Source of the DNA: Pollutimonas bauzanensis
Lineage (GTDB): Bacteria; Pseudomonadota; Gammaproteobacteria; Burkholderiales; Burkholderiaceae_B
Direction: 5' to 3'
Length of the DNA: 64,000 nt
Assembly: GCF_040393045.1 (NCBI RefSeq)
Contig: NZ_JBEBUX010000005.1
Coordinates: 743 to 64,742, forward strand
The stretch's first letter is position 1, and each line of letters starts with the position of its first letter. The notes beneath the pieces were generated by a model that was not told where the DNA came from, made no database searches, and was given only the letters and a program-made list of their open reading frames with translations. Position numbers and translations under genes: made by a program. Below are positions 28,041 to 38,673 of this stretch, one piece after another.

Positions 28041-28688
28041 ATGTCCTCACTTTCACTTCTTACTCGCACGTTTAGCCCAAGGCTGCGTGTTTTCAGCCTT
28101 GCTTGCGCAACATCTCTGGCACTCTGCCTTGGCGGTGCCGCACAAGCCGCGTCTTCAACCCCTACTCAAGGTAAACCTATGAGCACAACACCCAACGTAA
28201 AACTGCAAACCAACCATGGCGATCTGGTAATCGAGCTGAATGCCGAAAAAGCGCCTAAAACCGTCGAAAGCTTCCTTACCTACGTCAAAGAAGGCTTCTA
28301 TGACGGCACGGTTTTCCACCGCGTCATCAATAATTTCATGGTTCAGGGCGGCGGTTTCGATGCCACCATGAAACAAAAGCAAACCCACGCTCCTGTCGAA
28401 AACGAAGCCAACAACGGCCTCAAGAACGACCGTTACACGCTTGCTATGGCACGTACGTCCGACCCGCACTCCGCTACAGCTCAGTTCTTCATCAACGTAG
28501 CCGACAACGACTTCCTGAATTTCACCGCTCCAACGCCTAATGGCTGGGGCTACACCGTTTTCGGCAAGGTCATCGAAGGCACTGAAATCGTAGACAAGAT
28601 CAAGGCTGTGAAAACCGGCAACAAGGGCTTCCACCAAGACGTTCCCGTCGAAGATGTCATTATCGAGAAAGCCACGATTGTTGAATAA
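28041..28688 (+). CDS. ppiA: Peptidyl-prolyl cis-trans isomerase, cyclophilin type, with signal peptide
   Basis: Signal peptide ending [21 protein letters not shown] cyclophilin core and [10 protein letters not shown]. Confidence 0.9.
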   Translation: MSSLSLLTRTFSPRLRVFSLACATSLALCLGGAAQAASSTPTQGKPMSTTPNVKLQTNHGDLVIELNAEKAPKTVESFLTYVKEGFYDGTVFHRVINNFMVQGGGFDATMKQKQTHAPVENEANNGLKNDRYTLAMARTSDPHSATAQFFINVADNDFLNFTAPTPNGWGYTVFGKVIEGTEIVDKIKAVKTGNKGFHQDVPVEDVIIEKATIVE

Positions 28689-29448
28689 GATACCGCTGGC
28701 AGGTACTGTATGGATTGCCTCGGATATTCATCTGGGGCCGAATACACCTGCCACTGCCAGCGCGTTTCATCTATTCCTGGACAAGGCATGCGCGCAGGCG
28801 GATGCCTTGATTTTATGTGGCGACATCTTCGATGCCTGGATAGGCGATGACTTCGCGTTTTCCGAACCGCCCGACTGGCTGTCGCAAACATTAAGCAAGC
28901 TTTCCACGGTATCCGGAACCATCCCCTTATGGCTGGGGCGCGGCAACAGGGATTTCCTGATCGGCCCTATGCTTACCCAACACGTCGGTGCGCAGCTTCT
29001 GCCCGATACGGTATGCCTGAATACCGATTACGGCCGGGTTCTGCTTTCGCATGGTGACGAGTACTGTACTGCCGATCCAGGATACCAACGCTTTCGGCGT
29101 ATTGTCCGCAATCCGCTAGTGCAAAAATTGTTTATGGGCCTGAGCTTGAAGCTGCGGCGCGGTATCGCCGACTGGGCAAGGCAGCGCAGCACAGCTGCGA
29201 ATCGCTATAAATCACTCAGCATCATGGATGTCAGCCAGCCTGCCATTGAACAAGCTTTCCGGGATTCCGGTGTTGCCACGCTGGTGCATGGACACACACA
29301 CCGCCCTGCCGTTCACCAACTGAATGTAGACGGACAGTCACGTCAACGCATTGTCCTGCCCGACTGGGACTACGACCATGAAGCTGCCCCACGCGGCGGC
29401 TGGCTGGCAATAGACCGCAGCGGCGCAGCTTTGCATCAGCTTCCCTAG
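28654..29448 (+). CDS. lpxH: UDP-2,3-diacylglucosamine diphosphatase
   Basis: Metallophosphoesterase motifs [34 protein letters not shown]. The start is uncertain: ATG 28654 overlaps ppiA by 35 nt, and TTG 28679 and TTG 28682 are alternatives. Confidence 0.88.
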   Translation: MSLSRKPRLLNKIPLAGTVWIASDIHLGPNTPATASAFHLFLDKACAQADALILCGDIFDAWIGDDFAFSEPPDWLSQTLSKLSTVSGTIPLWLGRGNRDFLIGPMLTQHVGAQLLPDTVCLNTDYGRVLLSHGDEYCTADPGYQRFRRIVRNPLVQKLFMGLSLKLRRGIADWARQRSTAANRYKSLSIMDVSQPAIEQAFRDSGVATLVHGHTHRPAVHQLNVDGQSRQRIVLPDWDYDHEAAPRGGWLAIDRSGAALHQLP

Positions 29449-29451
29449 GCG

Positions 29452-31173
29452 TCAGGCCTCGAAATCCAACTGCAGTTGCGCAATGTGATCGCGCTGACGC
29501 ACTTGCACCCGCTTCGCAAGACGACTCAGCAGGTATGCCGTCAGGTGGGCGGTCGCCTCGGGATCGTCGAGCAAGGCGTCGGGACTAGGCGCGGTAGTCT
29601 TGGCGACGGGCAATGCGACCCCCGAATAAACAAACGTGACCCGCAAGGCGTATTCATCAAAACGGGTTTTGACTTCCAGCCATGGTTCGTCCGGTGAAAT
29701 TCGACGGCTATGGGCCAGGAGATCGAAAGCCTGCCATACAGCTTGCTCGGCGCGCTGTACGGCGTCGCGACGGGCGCCCCACAAGCGCCCCTGATTCTCC
29801 ATGAAAAGATTCAGGTCGTCGGCGGTGGTCGCATCAAGCGAAAACCGCTGTGTCGTGCGGCGTGAGGCCCCAAGGCGAAACAATATGGTCAGTACCAGGG
29901 CGATCAGGGTACCGTTGGTGACGCCCGCCAGCGCCATGAACCCGGCCAGGGGCGGATGTTCAATGCCCGCGACAATATACTGATGCGACACGCCCACGAT
30001 CAGCCCCACACCCAGCGCCAAAGAACGGCGGTCGTCCAGCATGCGCGAAGCCACAAGCTTCAACCCCGCCATTAGCAGGAAAGCGGAAAGAAACAGCAGC
30101 AAGGCCGCAATAACCGGAGCCGGTACCGCCAGCCACAGTACGATCAGCTTGGAGCACAGTGCCGTAATGAGCAGGAACGCCGCTACCCAATAACCCAGGT
30201 AACGGCTGGCGCTACCCGATGTCGCCGCCAACCCTACCGCTCCGCCGCTGGCGGTTTGCGGCATGGCGTTGATGAAAGAGGCGAACACATGTGTCAGCCC
30301 TTCGGCGCGCAGCCCCCTGCCATAGGCCTTCAAGTCAGGCTTGTGCCAATCCGCATCCGCGGTTCGTTGAGCGACGGTTTGCGTGCCTATCGACATTAGC
30401 GACATCGCCAACCCCATCAACATATAAGGCCACACCATATTCCAGTCAAACGACCAGCCAAATGCGGGCAAGTTGGGAATACGTACCCACGGCGCCGCCT
30501 GGATATAGCGCACACTGTCGGACGACAGCATGCCCAGCCCTGCGGCCAACGCACTGCCTGCCAATAAGCCCAGCAGAGTCGCAAACAGCCGCACACGGGA
30601 TTTCAGCCAGATATTGCAAAACACCATGACGAACAAGGTAAAAGCCGCGACCATCAGTTCCATGTTGGTGGCCCCCGCAGCGCCTTGGACATCGAACAAC
30701 AGCTTAAGCCCCACCTGTCCCGTGGCAACTCCGGTAAGCATCACTGCCAGACCGGCGATTTCGACCGTAAAAATACTGCGCAGGCGTGTAATACAGGTGC
30801 TAAGCAGCAATTGGGTCAGACCGGTCACGCAGACCATGCCATAGGCCAGCGGCATGCCTCCAGAGCTGCTGCTGGCCAGGAACATAACGGCAAAGACTGT
30901 GGGCGTCGCCTGCAAGGGGTAGTAATAGCCCGAGCCGATTCCCCAGCGGTTAAGCGTTTGCAAGAGTATGGACAAGGCGCAGGCAATCAACGACGCGCTG
31001 GCAATGTCCAGATAACCGCCGCCCCCGAGATGCGTGGCGCTGTCGTGCACGAAAAGATTGGGAACGACAAGAAGCGCGCCCAAAAATGCGATTTGCTGCA
31101 AGGCCAGGCCCAGTGCGGCAGAAATCGGAAGCTTATCGTTGACCCAGAAAAGAATGGATTCCGGTTTGCGCAT
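29452..31173 (-). CDS. NCS2 (xanthine/uracil/vitamin C permease)-like membrane transporter with a ~140-aa C-terminal cytoplasmic extension
   Basis: ALGLALQQIAFLGALLVVPNLF and LIACALSILLQTLNRWGIGSGYYYPLQATPTVFAVM resemble NCS2 signature regions. There are about 12-14 hydrophobic segments, followed by a soluble tail of unknown fold. Confidence 0.65.
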   Translation of the reverse strand: MRKPESILFWVNDKLPISAALGLALQQIAFLGALLVVPNLFVHDSATHLGGGGYLDIASASLIACALSILLQTLNRWGIGSGYYYPLQATPTVFAVMFLASSSSGGMPLAYGMVCVTGLTQLLLSTCITRLRSIFTVEIAGLAVMLTGVATGQVGLKLLFDVQGAAGATNMELMVAAFTLFVMVFCNIWLKSRVRLFATLLGLLAGSALAAGLGMLSSDSVRYIQAAPWVRIPNLPAFGWSFDWNMVWPYMLMGLAMSLMSIGTQTVAQRTADADWHKPDLKAYGRGLRAEGLTHVFASFINAMPQTASGGAVGLAATSGSASRYLGYWVAAFLLITALCSKLIVLWLAVPAPVIAALLLFLSAFLLMAGLKLVASRMLDDRRSLALGVGLIVGVSHQYIVAGIEHPPLAGFMALAGVTNGTLIALVLTILFRLGASRRTTQRFSLDATTADDLNLFMENQGRLWGARRDAVQRAEQAVWQAFDLLAHSRRISPDEPWLEVKTRFDEYALRVTFVYSGVALPVAKTTAPSPDALLDDPEATAHLTAYLLSRLAKRVQVRQRDHIAQLQLDFEA

Positions 31174-31189
31174 AGGTCGCAGCCAGCGC

Positions 31190-31879
31190 TTAAATAACCG
31201 GCATCAAATGCAAATCGTTCCCGGCGGTCTTCCACAAATCGCCGGTTTCAATATCGAACCACCAACCGTGCAAGGCCAGCTTACCGGCATCGACACGTTC
31301 CTTGACCCAAGGATATGTCAACAGGTTATGCAAAGAGCCCGTCACCGCCGCCCGCTCTACCAGGCCGGGATTTTCTTTGAGCAGGTCCAGAGACACCTTC
31401 TGGCGAATGCCGGATTTGTCGGGATTCAAATACAGCTCGGTAGCGTTCATGGCCATCGACACCCAATCGCCCACAAACTCTCTATCGATAGGATGGCCAT
31501 CCGCCGCGGCCAGCACGGCCTTGATGCCGCCACAGCTGGCATGCCCCAGCACGATGACGTGATCTACGTCCAGGTCGCGGACCGCATATTCAATGGCCGC
31601 TCCGGTACCATGCAGGCCGGCACCCTGTTGATAGGGTGGGACCAGATTAGCGATGTTGCGTACGGTGAATAGCTCGCCCGGACTGGCCTGCAGCAATACA
31701 CCGGTATCAACGCGAGAGTCGCAGCACGAGATGATAAGGGTGGCGGGCGCCTGGCCCTCAGTAGCCAGCTTATGCATCATTTCCGGATCGCGTTCGTAGA
31801 ACTCGGTGCGAAAACGGCGCACGGCGGCTTCGAAATGCGAAATATCCCGAAGGGCGGGCTGGCAACACGCTGCAGTCAT
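31190..31879 (-). CDS. Beta-class carbonic anhydrase
   Basis: Zinc-ligand motifs ISCCDSRVD and VLGHASCGGI. Confidence 0.9.
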   Translation of the reverse strand: MTAACCQPALRDISHFEAAVRRFRTEFYERDPEMMHKLATEGQAPATLIISCCDSRVDTGVLLQASPGELFTVRNIANLVPPYQQGAGLHGTGAAIEYAVRDLDVDHVIVLGHASCGGIKAVLAAADGHPIDREFVGDWVSMAMNATELYLNPDKSGIRQKVSLDLLKENPGLVERAAVTGSLHNLLTYPWVKERVDAGKLALHGWWFDIETGDLWKTAGNDLHLMPVI

Positions 31880-31957
31880 AATCTGGTCTCTTGAATGAGG
31901 GGTCAGGAAATCAAGTGAGGGATTATAACTGCATGCTTCAAAATTTAACGCATTAAA

Positions 31958-32839
31958 TTAACGCATTACAAGCCAGACAAGGACCACACATCCAAGAGCA
32001 ATGCGATACCAGGCAAAAGGCCGGTACGTGCGCTTGGACACAAAACTGAGCACTGCCCGTACAACCAGAAGCGCGCTGAAAAAAGCGGCCGCGAAACCGA
32101 TGACTATGGCTTCGGTCTGGGCGCCGGATAACGCGCCGCTATTACGATACAGGTCGTATACAGTCGCTGCCAACATAGTCGGCATAGCCAGAAAAAACGA
32201 AAATTCCGTAGCGGTTTTTCGTTGAATTCCCGCCACCATCCCGCTGATAATGGTAGCCCCGGAACGCGAGGTGCCTGGCACCATCGCCAGACATTGCGCA
32301 AACCCGACCACCAGCGCCTGCTTCCAGGTAATCTGTTCGAGCGTCAAGGCAGTCGCGTTTTGCGACGCCATGCTGTCGTCGCCTTGCGCCGCCGCCAAGT
32401 TAGCCGCACCGTGCTTGGCATATTGCGGCTTTCGCTCTACCCATAGCATGATCAAGCCCCCCACAATCAGGGTAACGACGAAAACGCCAGGATTATGAAA
32501 AAGCATCTTGATGTATTTGATCGCCAAGGCGCCAATAACGGCGGCCGGCAAAAAGGCAATGATCAGGTTGCGTGTAAACAAGACCTCGCTGCGTTGGCCG
32601 GTCAGAGTGCCATGTATCAGTTGCCACAAGCGTGCACGAAAGATCCAGATGACGGCCATGATGGAACCGAACTGGATAACGACTTCAAACACTTTGTCGT
32701 CGCCGGAAGAAAAGTTCATCCAGTCGCCTATCAGCAACAAATGGGCTGTACTGGATACAGGGATGAATTCGGTGAAACCTTCTATCAGGCCCAGAAACAG
32801 GGCTTTAAGCAAAAACCAGGTACTTTCAGTCATACTCAC
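31958..32839 (-). CDS. uppP: Undecaprenyl-diphosphate phosphatase
   Basis: [15 protein letters not shown] and [11 protein letters not shown] motifs, eight hydrophobic segments. Alternative start at ATG 32833. Confidence 0.92.
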   Translation of the reverse strand: MSMTESTWFLLKALFLGLIEGFTEFIPVSSTAHLLLIGDWMNFSSGDDKVFEVVIQFGSIMAVIWIFRARLWQLIHGTLTGQRSEVLFTRNLIIAFLPAAVIGALAIKYIKMLFHNPGVFVVTLIVGGLIMLWVERKPQYAKHGAANLAAAQGDDSMASQNATALTLEQITWKQALVVGFAQCLAMVPGTSRSGATIISGMVAGIQRKTATEFSFFLAMPTMLAATVYDLYRNSGALSGAQTEAIVIGFAAAFFSALLVVRAVLSFVSKRTYRPFAWYRIALGCVVLVWLVMR

Positions 32840-34406
32840 TCGCGTCGTTGATATCTTCGTTCGGATGGTAGGTGCGCTCGATTTGTACCGACGCTATGCG
32901 GCGGCCATCCAAGCGCAACACCGTGAATGTAAAAGTGGCGTGCGCCTGCTTGAGTTCGCAACTGTCGCCTGCCTTCGGCAGATGTCCGAACCGCTCAAGC
33001 AAGTAGCCAGCCAGTGTCGAATAACCTTCCTCGTCGTCCACCAAATCGTCTGTATTCAGAAGCAGTTCAAGATGGTGCAAATCGGCCGCGCCGTCGACCC
33101 GCCAGCGATTGTCATTTTCAATAACAATATCGGGCGTTTCGTCTTCATCGGGGAACTCACCGGCAATCGCTTCGAATACGTCGATAGGCGTGACCACGCC
33201 CTGAATGGCGCCAAACTCGTCTGTCACCAACACCAATTGCCCGCGTGAACGCTTGAGCGTGTCCATCAGGCGCAGCACCCCTATGGACTCATGCACGATG
33301 ATGGGATCGCGCAGTCGCGACAGCCTGATGCTGCCTTGAGTAATCAGATCGGCAATCATTTCCTTGGCGCGGCCGATACCGATGACTTCATCCAGCGAAC
33401 CGCGGCAAACGGGGAAGAAACTGTGCGGCGCCTTGGCGATCTGCTCGCGCAACTCGCTGGGGTCGTCGTCCAGATCCAGCCAGGACACATCAGTGCGCGG
33501 TGTCATGATGGAATTGATGGATCGGTCGGCCAGGGTAAGCACGCCGCTGACCATATAGCGCTCTTCATCCCCGAACACTTGGGCAGGGGCCTCGCTATCC
33601 TGCTGCGGATGCTCGGGGCCCATTAGTGGACGCTTGCCCAGCATGCGCAGCACACCTTCGGCAGTCCGCTCGCGCAGTGGCCGCCTGGTGTCCACCTTCC
33701 GCATGTTGCGCCTGGCCACCTGGTTAAGCATTTCGATTGCGACGGAAAAGGCAATCGCGGCATAAAGATAGCCCTTGGGAATGGGGAATCCAAAGCCTTC
33801 CGCCAACAGCGAAAAACCAATGGTCAACAAAAAGCCCAGACATAGGATAACCACGGTCGGATGGGCATTCACAAAGCGCGTCAATGGCTTGGAAGCCACC
33901 AGCATAATGCCGATGGCGATAGTCACGGCCAACATCATGATGGCCAAGTGGTCGACCATACCGACTGCCGTAATTACCGCGTCAATCGAAAACACAGCGT
34001 CAAGAATAACGATTTGCGTAACGATGACCCAGAAACTGGCATGCATGCGCGAACCGGAAGCATGAGCAATCCGCCCTTCTACACGCTCGTGCAGCTCGAG
34101 CGTTCCCTTGAAGAGCAGGAAGAAGCCGCCCACGATAAGAATCAGGTCCCGTCCGGAAAAGCTCAGGGGGCCAAGGAAAAACAGCGGATCGGTGAGCTTG
34201 ATCAGCCATGACATGACTGACAGCAGCGCCAGCCGCATCAGCAATGCCAATGACAGCCCTATCACGCGCGCCCGGTCGCGTAAGGCCGGCGGCAGTTTCT
34301 CTACCAGAATGGCAATGAAAATCAGATTGTCTATACCCAGCACAATCTCGAGAATGACCAAGGTCAGCAGGCCGACCCAAGCGGATGGGTCCAGCATCCA
34401 TTCCAT
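32826..34406 (-). CDS. TerC-family membrane protein with CBS pair and CorC/HlyC C-terminal domain (YoaE-like)
   Basis: [16 protein letters not shown] TerC motif, then CBS and transporter-associated domains. The track start 34409 is TTG; ATG 34406, preceded by GGAG, is preferred. Confidence 0.85.
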   Translation of the reverse strand: MEWMLDPSAWVGLLTLVILEIVLGIDNLIFIAILVEKLPPALRDRARVIGLSLALLMRLALLSVMSWLIKLTDPLFFLGPLSFSGRDLILIVGGFFLLFKGTLELHERVEGRIAHASGSRMHASFWVIVTQIVILDAVFSIDAVITAVGMVDHLAIMMLAVTIAIGIMLVASKPLTRFVNAHPTVVILCLGFLLTIGFSLLAEGFGFPIPKGYLYAAIAFSVAIEMLNQVARRNMRKVDTRRPLRERTAEGVLRMLGKRPLMGPEHPQQDSEAPAQVFGDEERYMVSGVLTLADRSINSIMTPRTDVSWLDLDDDPSELREQIAKAPHSFFPVCRGSLDEVIGIGRAKEMIADLITQGSIRLSRLRDPIIVHESIGVLRLMDTLKRSRGQLVLVTDEFGAIQGVVTPIDVFEAIAGEFPDEDETPDIVIENDNRWRVDGAADLHHLELLLNTDDLVDDEEGYSTLAGYLLERFGHLPKAGDSCELKQAHATFTFTVLRLDGRRIASVQIERTYHPNEDINDASEYD

Positions 34407-34483
34407 CAAGAAACTCCGAAAGACAAGCAGCTACGCTAAAAACTAAGCCGGGTGCGTGTGGCGCATCCGGCCTAGCGTGGCGA

Positions 34484-35275
34484 TCAGTCCTGCAGATGGC
34501 CCAGCATTTGGGTAAAGATCTTGGGGGTGGCTGCCAGAACACTACCGCTTTGCATCCAGCCCTGTTCGCCGTCGAAATCGGCAATCAGGCCGCCCGCTTC
34601 GAGTATAAGCAATCCGCCCGCGGCCAGATCCCATGGCTTGAGATTGACGCCGCAGTAGCCATCGATACGTCCCGATGCCACGTACGCCAGGTCAAGGACG
34701 GTTGAACCAAGCCGGCGCGCTGCAGCGCACTCGGATAGCATGCTGGAAAAGCGCGTGTTTGCCGCCACCGCGCTTGCCGAACCGGGAACGTGCGCCCCCA
34801 GCAAGGCATCGTGATAGCGCGTCTGGCCCGACACGCGAACGCGCCGGTCATTCATGAACGCGCCGCCGCCGCGCGTAGCGGTAAACAGTTCATTGCGGGA
34901 CGGATCATAGATAACGGCCTGGGTGACCTGACCACGCTGCGCCAGCGCAATTGACACAGCGTAGATAGGCAAGCCGTGTATAAAATTGGTAGTGCCGTCC
35001 AGAGGGTCGATAATCCATTGAAAATCGGCCTGGGCATCCAGCTTTTGCCCCGCCGCCAGGTGCGTGCCGGACTCTTCACCCAGGAAACCATGGTCCGGGT
35101 AAGCAGTGCGTAAAATATCGATTATGGCTTCTTCAGCGGCATGATCCACTTCCGTGACATAATCCTTGGGCCCTTTGCGTGCCACTTGCAGGCGTTCCAA
35201 GTCGAGACTGGCTCGGTTGATAATGGCGCCAGCACGGCGTGCCGCCTTGATGGCGGTATTGAGCATCGGGTGCAT
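34484..35275 (-). CDS. suhB: Inositol monophosphatase family protein
   Basis: FLGEESG, WIIDPLDGTTNF and KPWDLAAGGL motifs. Confidence 0.9.
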   Translation of the reverse strand: MHPMLNTAIKAARRAGAIINRASLDLERLQVARKGPKDYVTEVDHAAEEAIIDILRTAYPDHGFLGEESGTHLAAGQKLDAQADFQWIIDPLDGTTNFIHGLPIYAVSIALAQRGQVTQAVIYDPSRNELFTATRGGGAFMNDRRVRVSGQTRYHDALLGAHVPGSASAVAANTRFSSMLSECAAARRLGSTVLDLAYVASGRIDGYCGVNLKPWDLAAGGLLILEAGGLIADFDGEQGWMQSGSVLAATPKIFTQMLGHLQD

Positions 35276-35382
35276 AAAATTCCGTAGTAAACAAAAAAAC
35301 TGTCAGTGCCTGGCAAAGCCAAATTCGACCGCCTTCATAGGCAAAAAATCAGGCAATAAACATAAGATTCCCGCTATTTTAA

Positions 35383-36177
35383 ATGACTCAGACATTTTCC
35401 TCAGAAATGATCAATGCTTTCCCCCGCGTTCGGTTCATTATGGTGCGCCCCAGCCATCCCGGAAATGTAGGTGCGGCCGCCCGCGCCATCAAAACCATGG
35501 GGTTTCAAGACCTGTGTCTGGTCGCCCCCCGATTCCCTGATGTGCAGGACCTGCCGGAGGCGCAATCACTGGCCAGCGGTGCGACCGATGTCCTGGCTGC
35601 GGTAAGTATCGTACCAACATTGGAAGAGGCCCTGGCTTCTGTCACGATGGCATTCGCCCTGACAGCCCGTGCCCGTATGATAGGCCCTCCGCCCTGCGAT
35701 ATTCGCGAAGCAGCCAATATCAGTTGCAACCATCTTCAACAAACGCGTAATAAAGTTGCTATTGTGCTGGGGACAGAACGCTCGGGGTTGACCAACGACG
35801 ACATCGCATTGTGCCAACGCATTTGCCATATTCCGGCGAATCCGGAATATAGTTCGTTGAATGTCGCGCAAGCACTGCAACTGGCGGCGTGGGAACTGCG
35901 TTACGCGCTTGCCAGTGCCGCATCGCTGCCATTGCTGCCAAGCACCGAGGGCCAACCGGAAACCGGCGACGAACCCGCCCCAAGCGAGAAAGTGCAGGCG
36001 CTGATGGTCCACTGGGAACAAGCCTTGATAGAAGTCGGCTTCCTGGATCCGGAACACCCCAAAAAATTGATGCCGCGCATGCGCCACCTATTTGGCCGCA
36101 ATGCGCTCACCCGGGATGAGGTGGATATGTTGCGCGGCTTGTGCACCGCCATGATCAAGACAGCCAAGAACCGTTAA
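35383..36177 (+). CDS. trmJ: SpoU/TrmH-class RNA 2'-O-methyltransferase (TrmJ-like)
   Basis: RFIMVRPSHPGNVGAAARAIKTMG, VLGTERSGL and IPANPEYSSLNVAQA motifs. Divergent from suhB, as in many proteobacteria. Confidence 0.8.
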   Translation: MTQTFSSEMINAFPRVRFIMVRPSHPGNVGAAARAIKTMGFQDLCLVAPRFPDVQDLPEAQSLASGATDVLAAVSIVPTLEEALASVTMAFALTARARMIGPPPCDIREAANISCNHLQQTRNKVAIVLGTERSGLTNDDIALCQRICHIPANPEYSSLNVAQALQLAAWELRYALASAASLPLLPSTEGQPETGDEPAPSEKVQALMVHWEQALIEVGFLDPEHPKKLMPRMRHLFGRNALTRDEVDMLRGLCTAMIKTAKNR

Positions 36178-36184
36178 CCGCAAC

Positions 36185-36223
36185 GGGCCAGGCCTTGCAC
36201 GCAAGCGCGCCAAGGCCTGGCCC
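36185..36223. terminator. Strong hairpin between convergent trmJ and scoB (possible bidirectional terminator, no U-tract)
   Basis: GGGCCAGGCCTTG-cacgcaagcgcgc-CAAGGCCTGGCCC: perfect 13-bp stem, 13-nt loop. Confidence 0.4.
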
Positions 36224-36232
36224 GGTACCAAT

Positions 36233-36871
36233 TTAGCCAGCCACCAGCTCCAGCCCTGTCAGGCGAGACAGCTCTTCAATACCGGCGCCGGACATATCGT
36301 CAATCAGCACCACCTGCCCGTCCTTAATGTCGAAGACCGCCAGATCGGTATACACGCGCGACACGCAGCCAATACCCGTCAGCGGATATGTGCAGCGCTC
36401 CACTAACTTGCTTTGCCCATCGCGAGTCAGCAGTTCCATCAATACGTACACCGACTTGGCGCCCGTAGCCAAGTCCATCGCGCCACCGACTGCTGGAATG
36501 TCATCGGGGCCGCCCGTGTGCCAATTGGCCAGATCGCCGGTGCGCGACACCTGAAATGCCCCCAGCACGCAGATATCCAGGTGGCCGCCACGCATCATGG
36601 CAAAGGAATCGGCATGATGAAAGTAAGCGCCCCCTGCAAGCAAGGTAACAGGTTGTTTGCCGGCATTGATCAGGTCTGGATCTTCCTTGCCTGGTTCGGG
36701 AGCCGGCCCCATGCCGATAACGCCATTTTCGCTATGCAACATGATCTCGCGATCGGCAGGCAGATAATTGCCAACTTTCGTCGGCAAGCCAATGCCGAGA
36801 TTGACGACGCTGCCCTCGGGGATATCCCGGGCCACGCGGGCAGCCATTTGGTCTCGATTCAAACGATTCAT
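36233..36871 (-). CDS. scoB: 3-oxoacid CoA-transferase subunit B
   Basis: ORF trimmed to ATG 36871, which overlaps the subunit A stop (ATGA). LHSENGVIGMGP (SENG catalytic Glu motif). Confidence 0.9.
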   Translation of the reverse strand: MNRLNRDQMAARVARDIPEGSVVNLGIGLPTKVGNYLPADREIMLHSENGVIGMGPAPEPGKEDPDLINAGKQPVTLLAGGAYFHHADSFAMMRGGHLDICVLGAFQVSRTGDLANWHTGGPDDIPAVGGAMDLATGAKSVYVLMELLTRDGQSKLVERCTYPLTGIGCVSRVYTDLAVFDIKDGQVVLIDDMSGAGIEELSRLTGLELVAG

Positions 36872-37539
36872 TTTTCCGCTCCCACGGCCACTACACGTTG
36901 TACGAAAAGGCCAGGCGTCACAATGCATTCTGGATCCAGCGCGCCTAGTTCAACGATCTGCTCAACTTGCGCGATGGCGACGCGCGAAGCCGTCGCCATG
37001 ATGGGGCCGAAATTTCGCGCTGTCTTGCGATAAACCAGATTGCCCCAGCGATCGGCGCTCAGGGCTTTGATCAAGGCATAGTCCGCCTCTATGGGATATT
37101 CAAGAACATAGTCGCGGCCGTTGATGTTGCGCTGCTCTTTGCCCTCGGCCAGAAGCGTACCCGCCCCGGTCGGCGTGAAGAACCCGCCGATACCCGCGCC
37201 ACCGGCACGTATGCGCTCAGCCAGATTGCCTTGAGGAACCAGTTCCAGCTCGACCTTGCCTGCGCGATACAACGCATCGAACACATGGGAGTCGGCTTGC
37301 CGGGGAAACGAGCAAATAATCTTTCGCACCTGCCCGGCGGCTAATAGTGCAGCCAAACCGGTATCGCCGTTCCCGGCGTTGTTGTTGATGATGACCAGGT
37401 CTTTCGCCCCTTGGTCAAGCAGCGCATCGATTAATTCTTTGGGTTGACCGGCCAGCCCGAAACCACCCACCATAATGGAAGCACCGTCGGGCACATCAGA
37501 CAATGCTTCACGCAAACTATTAAAAATCTTGGAAATCAT
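36868..37539 (-). CDS. scoA: 3-oxoacid CoA-transferase subunit A
   Basis: IMVGGFGLAGQPKELIDAL, and GGFFTPTGAGTLLAEGKE typical of family I CoA-transferase A subunits. Confidence 0.9.
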   Translation of the reverse strand: MISKIFNSLREALSDVPDGASIMVGGFGLAGQPKELIDALLDQGAKDLVIINNNAGNGDTGLAALLAAGQVRKIICSFPRQADSHVFDALYRAGKVELELVPQGNLAERIRAGGAGIGGFFTPTGAGTLLAEGKEQRNINGRDYVLEYPIEADYALIKALSADRWGNLVYRKTARNFGPIMATASRVAIAQVEQIVELGALDPECIVTPGLFVQRVVAVGAEK

Positions 37540-37577
37540 GCAGTGTCCATTTCCTTAAACATTACAAAACGCGCCAT

Positions 37578-37603
37578 TGAAAAGGCCGGCCAAGAGGCCG
37601 GCC
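37578..37603 (-). terminator. Candidate rho-independent terminator after the Bug gene 37661..38653
   Basis: Minus strand: GGCCGGCC-TCTT-GGCCGGCC followed by TTTTCAATGG (short U-tract). Confidence 0.55.
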
Positions 37604-37660
37604 CAGGCTGTGAGCAGCTACTTACTACGGCTGCAATGCCGAACTATGCAAGCCCGCGCC

Positions 37661-38653
37661 TTAATCTACTGTCGCGCCGGAAGCCTTAACGACTTTGGCC
37701 CAGCCATCGACTTCAGCCTTGATGAAGTCACCGAATTCGGCTGGCGTTGTCTTGGCCGGCACTGCGCCCAGATCAGCCAGGCGTGCCTGGACATCAGGCT
37801 TGGCCAACGCGGTCTGGATGATACCGTTCAGTTTGTTCACGATATCGTCAGGCGTACCTTTAGGGGCAATGATGCCGAACCATGACGATACGTCATACGT
37901 CGGGAAGCCTGATTCCTGCATGGTGGGCAGATCAGGAGCCGTGCTGGAACGATCGGCTGTCGTGACTGCCAAGGCGCGTAACTTGCCGGCTTCCACATGA
38001 GGCCAAGCCGATGGCATGTTGTCGAACATGTAGTCGACTTGGCCGCCGATCAGGTCGGTAATGGCAGGCGAGCTGCCTTTGTAAGGAATATGCGCTGCAT
38101 CGATATCCGCCAATTGCTTGAACAATTCCCCAGCCATGTGGATGGAGGTGCCGCTACCGGACGAAGCAAAGTTCAGCTTGCCTGGGTTGGCCTTGGCGTA
38201 CTCGACCAATTCCTTCACTGACTTGACAGGTACCTTGGGATTGACCACCAGCACATTGGGCACTTTCACGCCCAATGAAATGGGTGCGAAATCCTCGACC
38301 AGATCAAAGCGCAAGTTCTTGTAAAGGGTTTGGTTAATGGCGCTGGTAACAGCTACCATGTATAGCGTATAGCCATCCGGCTTGGCGCGCGACACCATTT
38401 CCGTCGCGATATTGCTGCCTGCACCAGGACGATTTTCGACTACAACCGGTTGCCCAAGCGCGTCGCCAATTTCTTTGCCTAATATACGGGCTATGACGTC
38501 GGTCGTGCCGCCAGCGGAGAAACCAACGATCAGACGGACCGCGTGGTCAGGGTAGGCGGCCGAGGCGCTGCTTGCGAAGCCAAGCGAGCCGGCAACCAGC
38601 AAGCTAGCGGCAATAGCCTTGGCGCTAAAGGTAAATTTGGAACGAATTGACAC
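37661..38653 (-). CDS. Bug-family (TctC-like) periplasmic solute-binding receptor
   Basis: ORF 37661..38752 trimmed to GTG 38653, which is preceded by GGAGGA. Signal peptide ending ASSASA. YPDHAVRLIVGFSAGGTTD. Confidence 0.85.
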   Translation of the reverse strand: MSIRSKFTFSAKAIAASLLVAGSLGFASSASAAYPDHAVRLIVGFSAGGTTDVIARILGKEIGDALGQPVVVENRPGAGSNIATEMVSRAKPDGYTLYMVAVTSAINQTLYKNLRFDLVEDFAPISLGVKVPNVLVVNPKVPVKSVKELVEYAKANPGKLNFASSGSGTSIHMAGELFKQLADIDAAHIPYKGSSPAITDLIGGQVDYMFDNMPSAWPHVEAGKLRALAVTTADRSSTAPDLPTMQESGFPTYDVSSWFGIIAPKGTPDDIVNKLNGIIQTALAKPDVQARLADLGAVPAKTTPAEFGDFIKAEVDGWAKVVKASGATVD

Positions 38654-38673
38654 TATGTCCTCCAGGATTTTAA

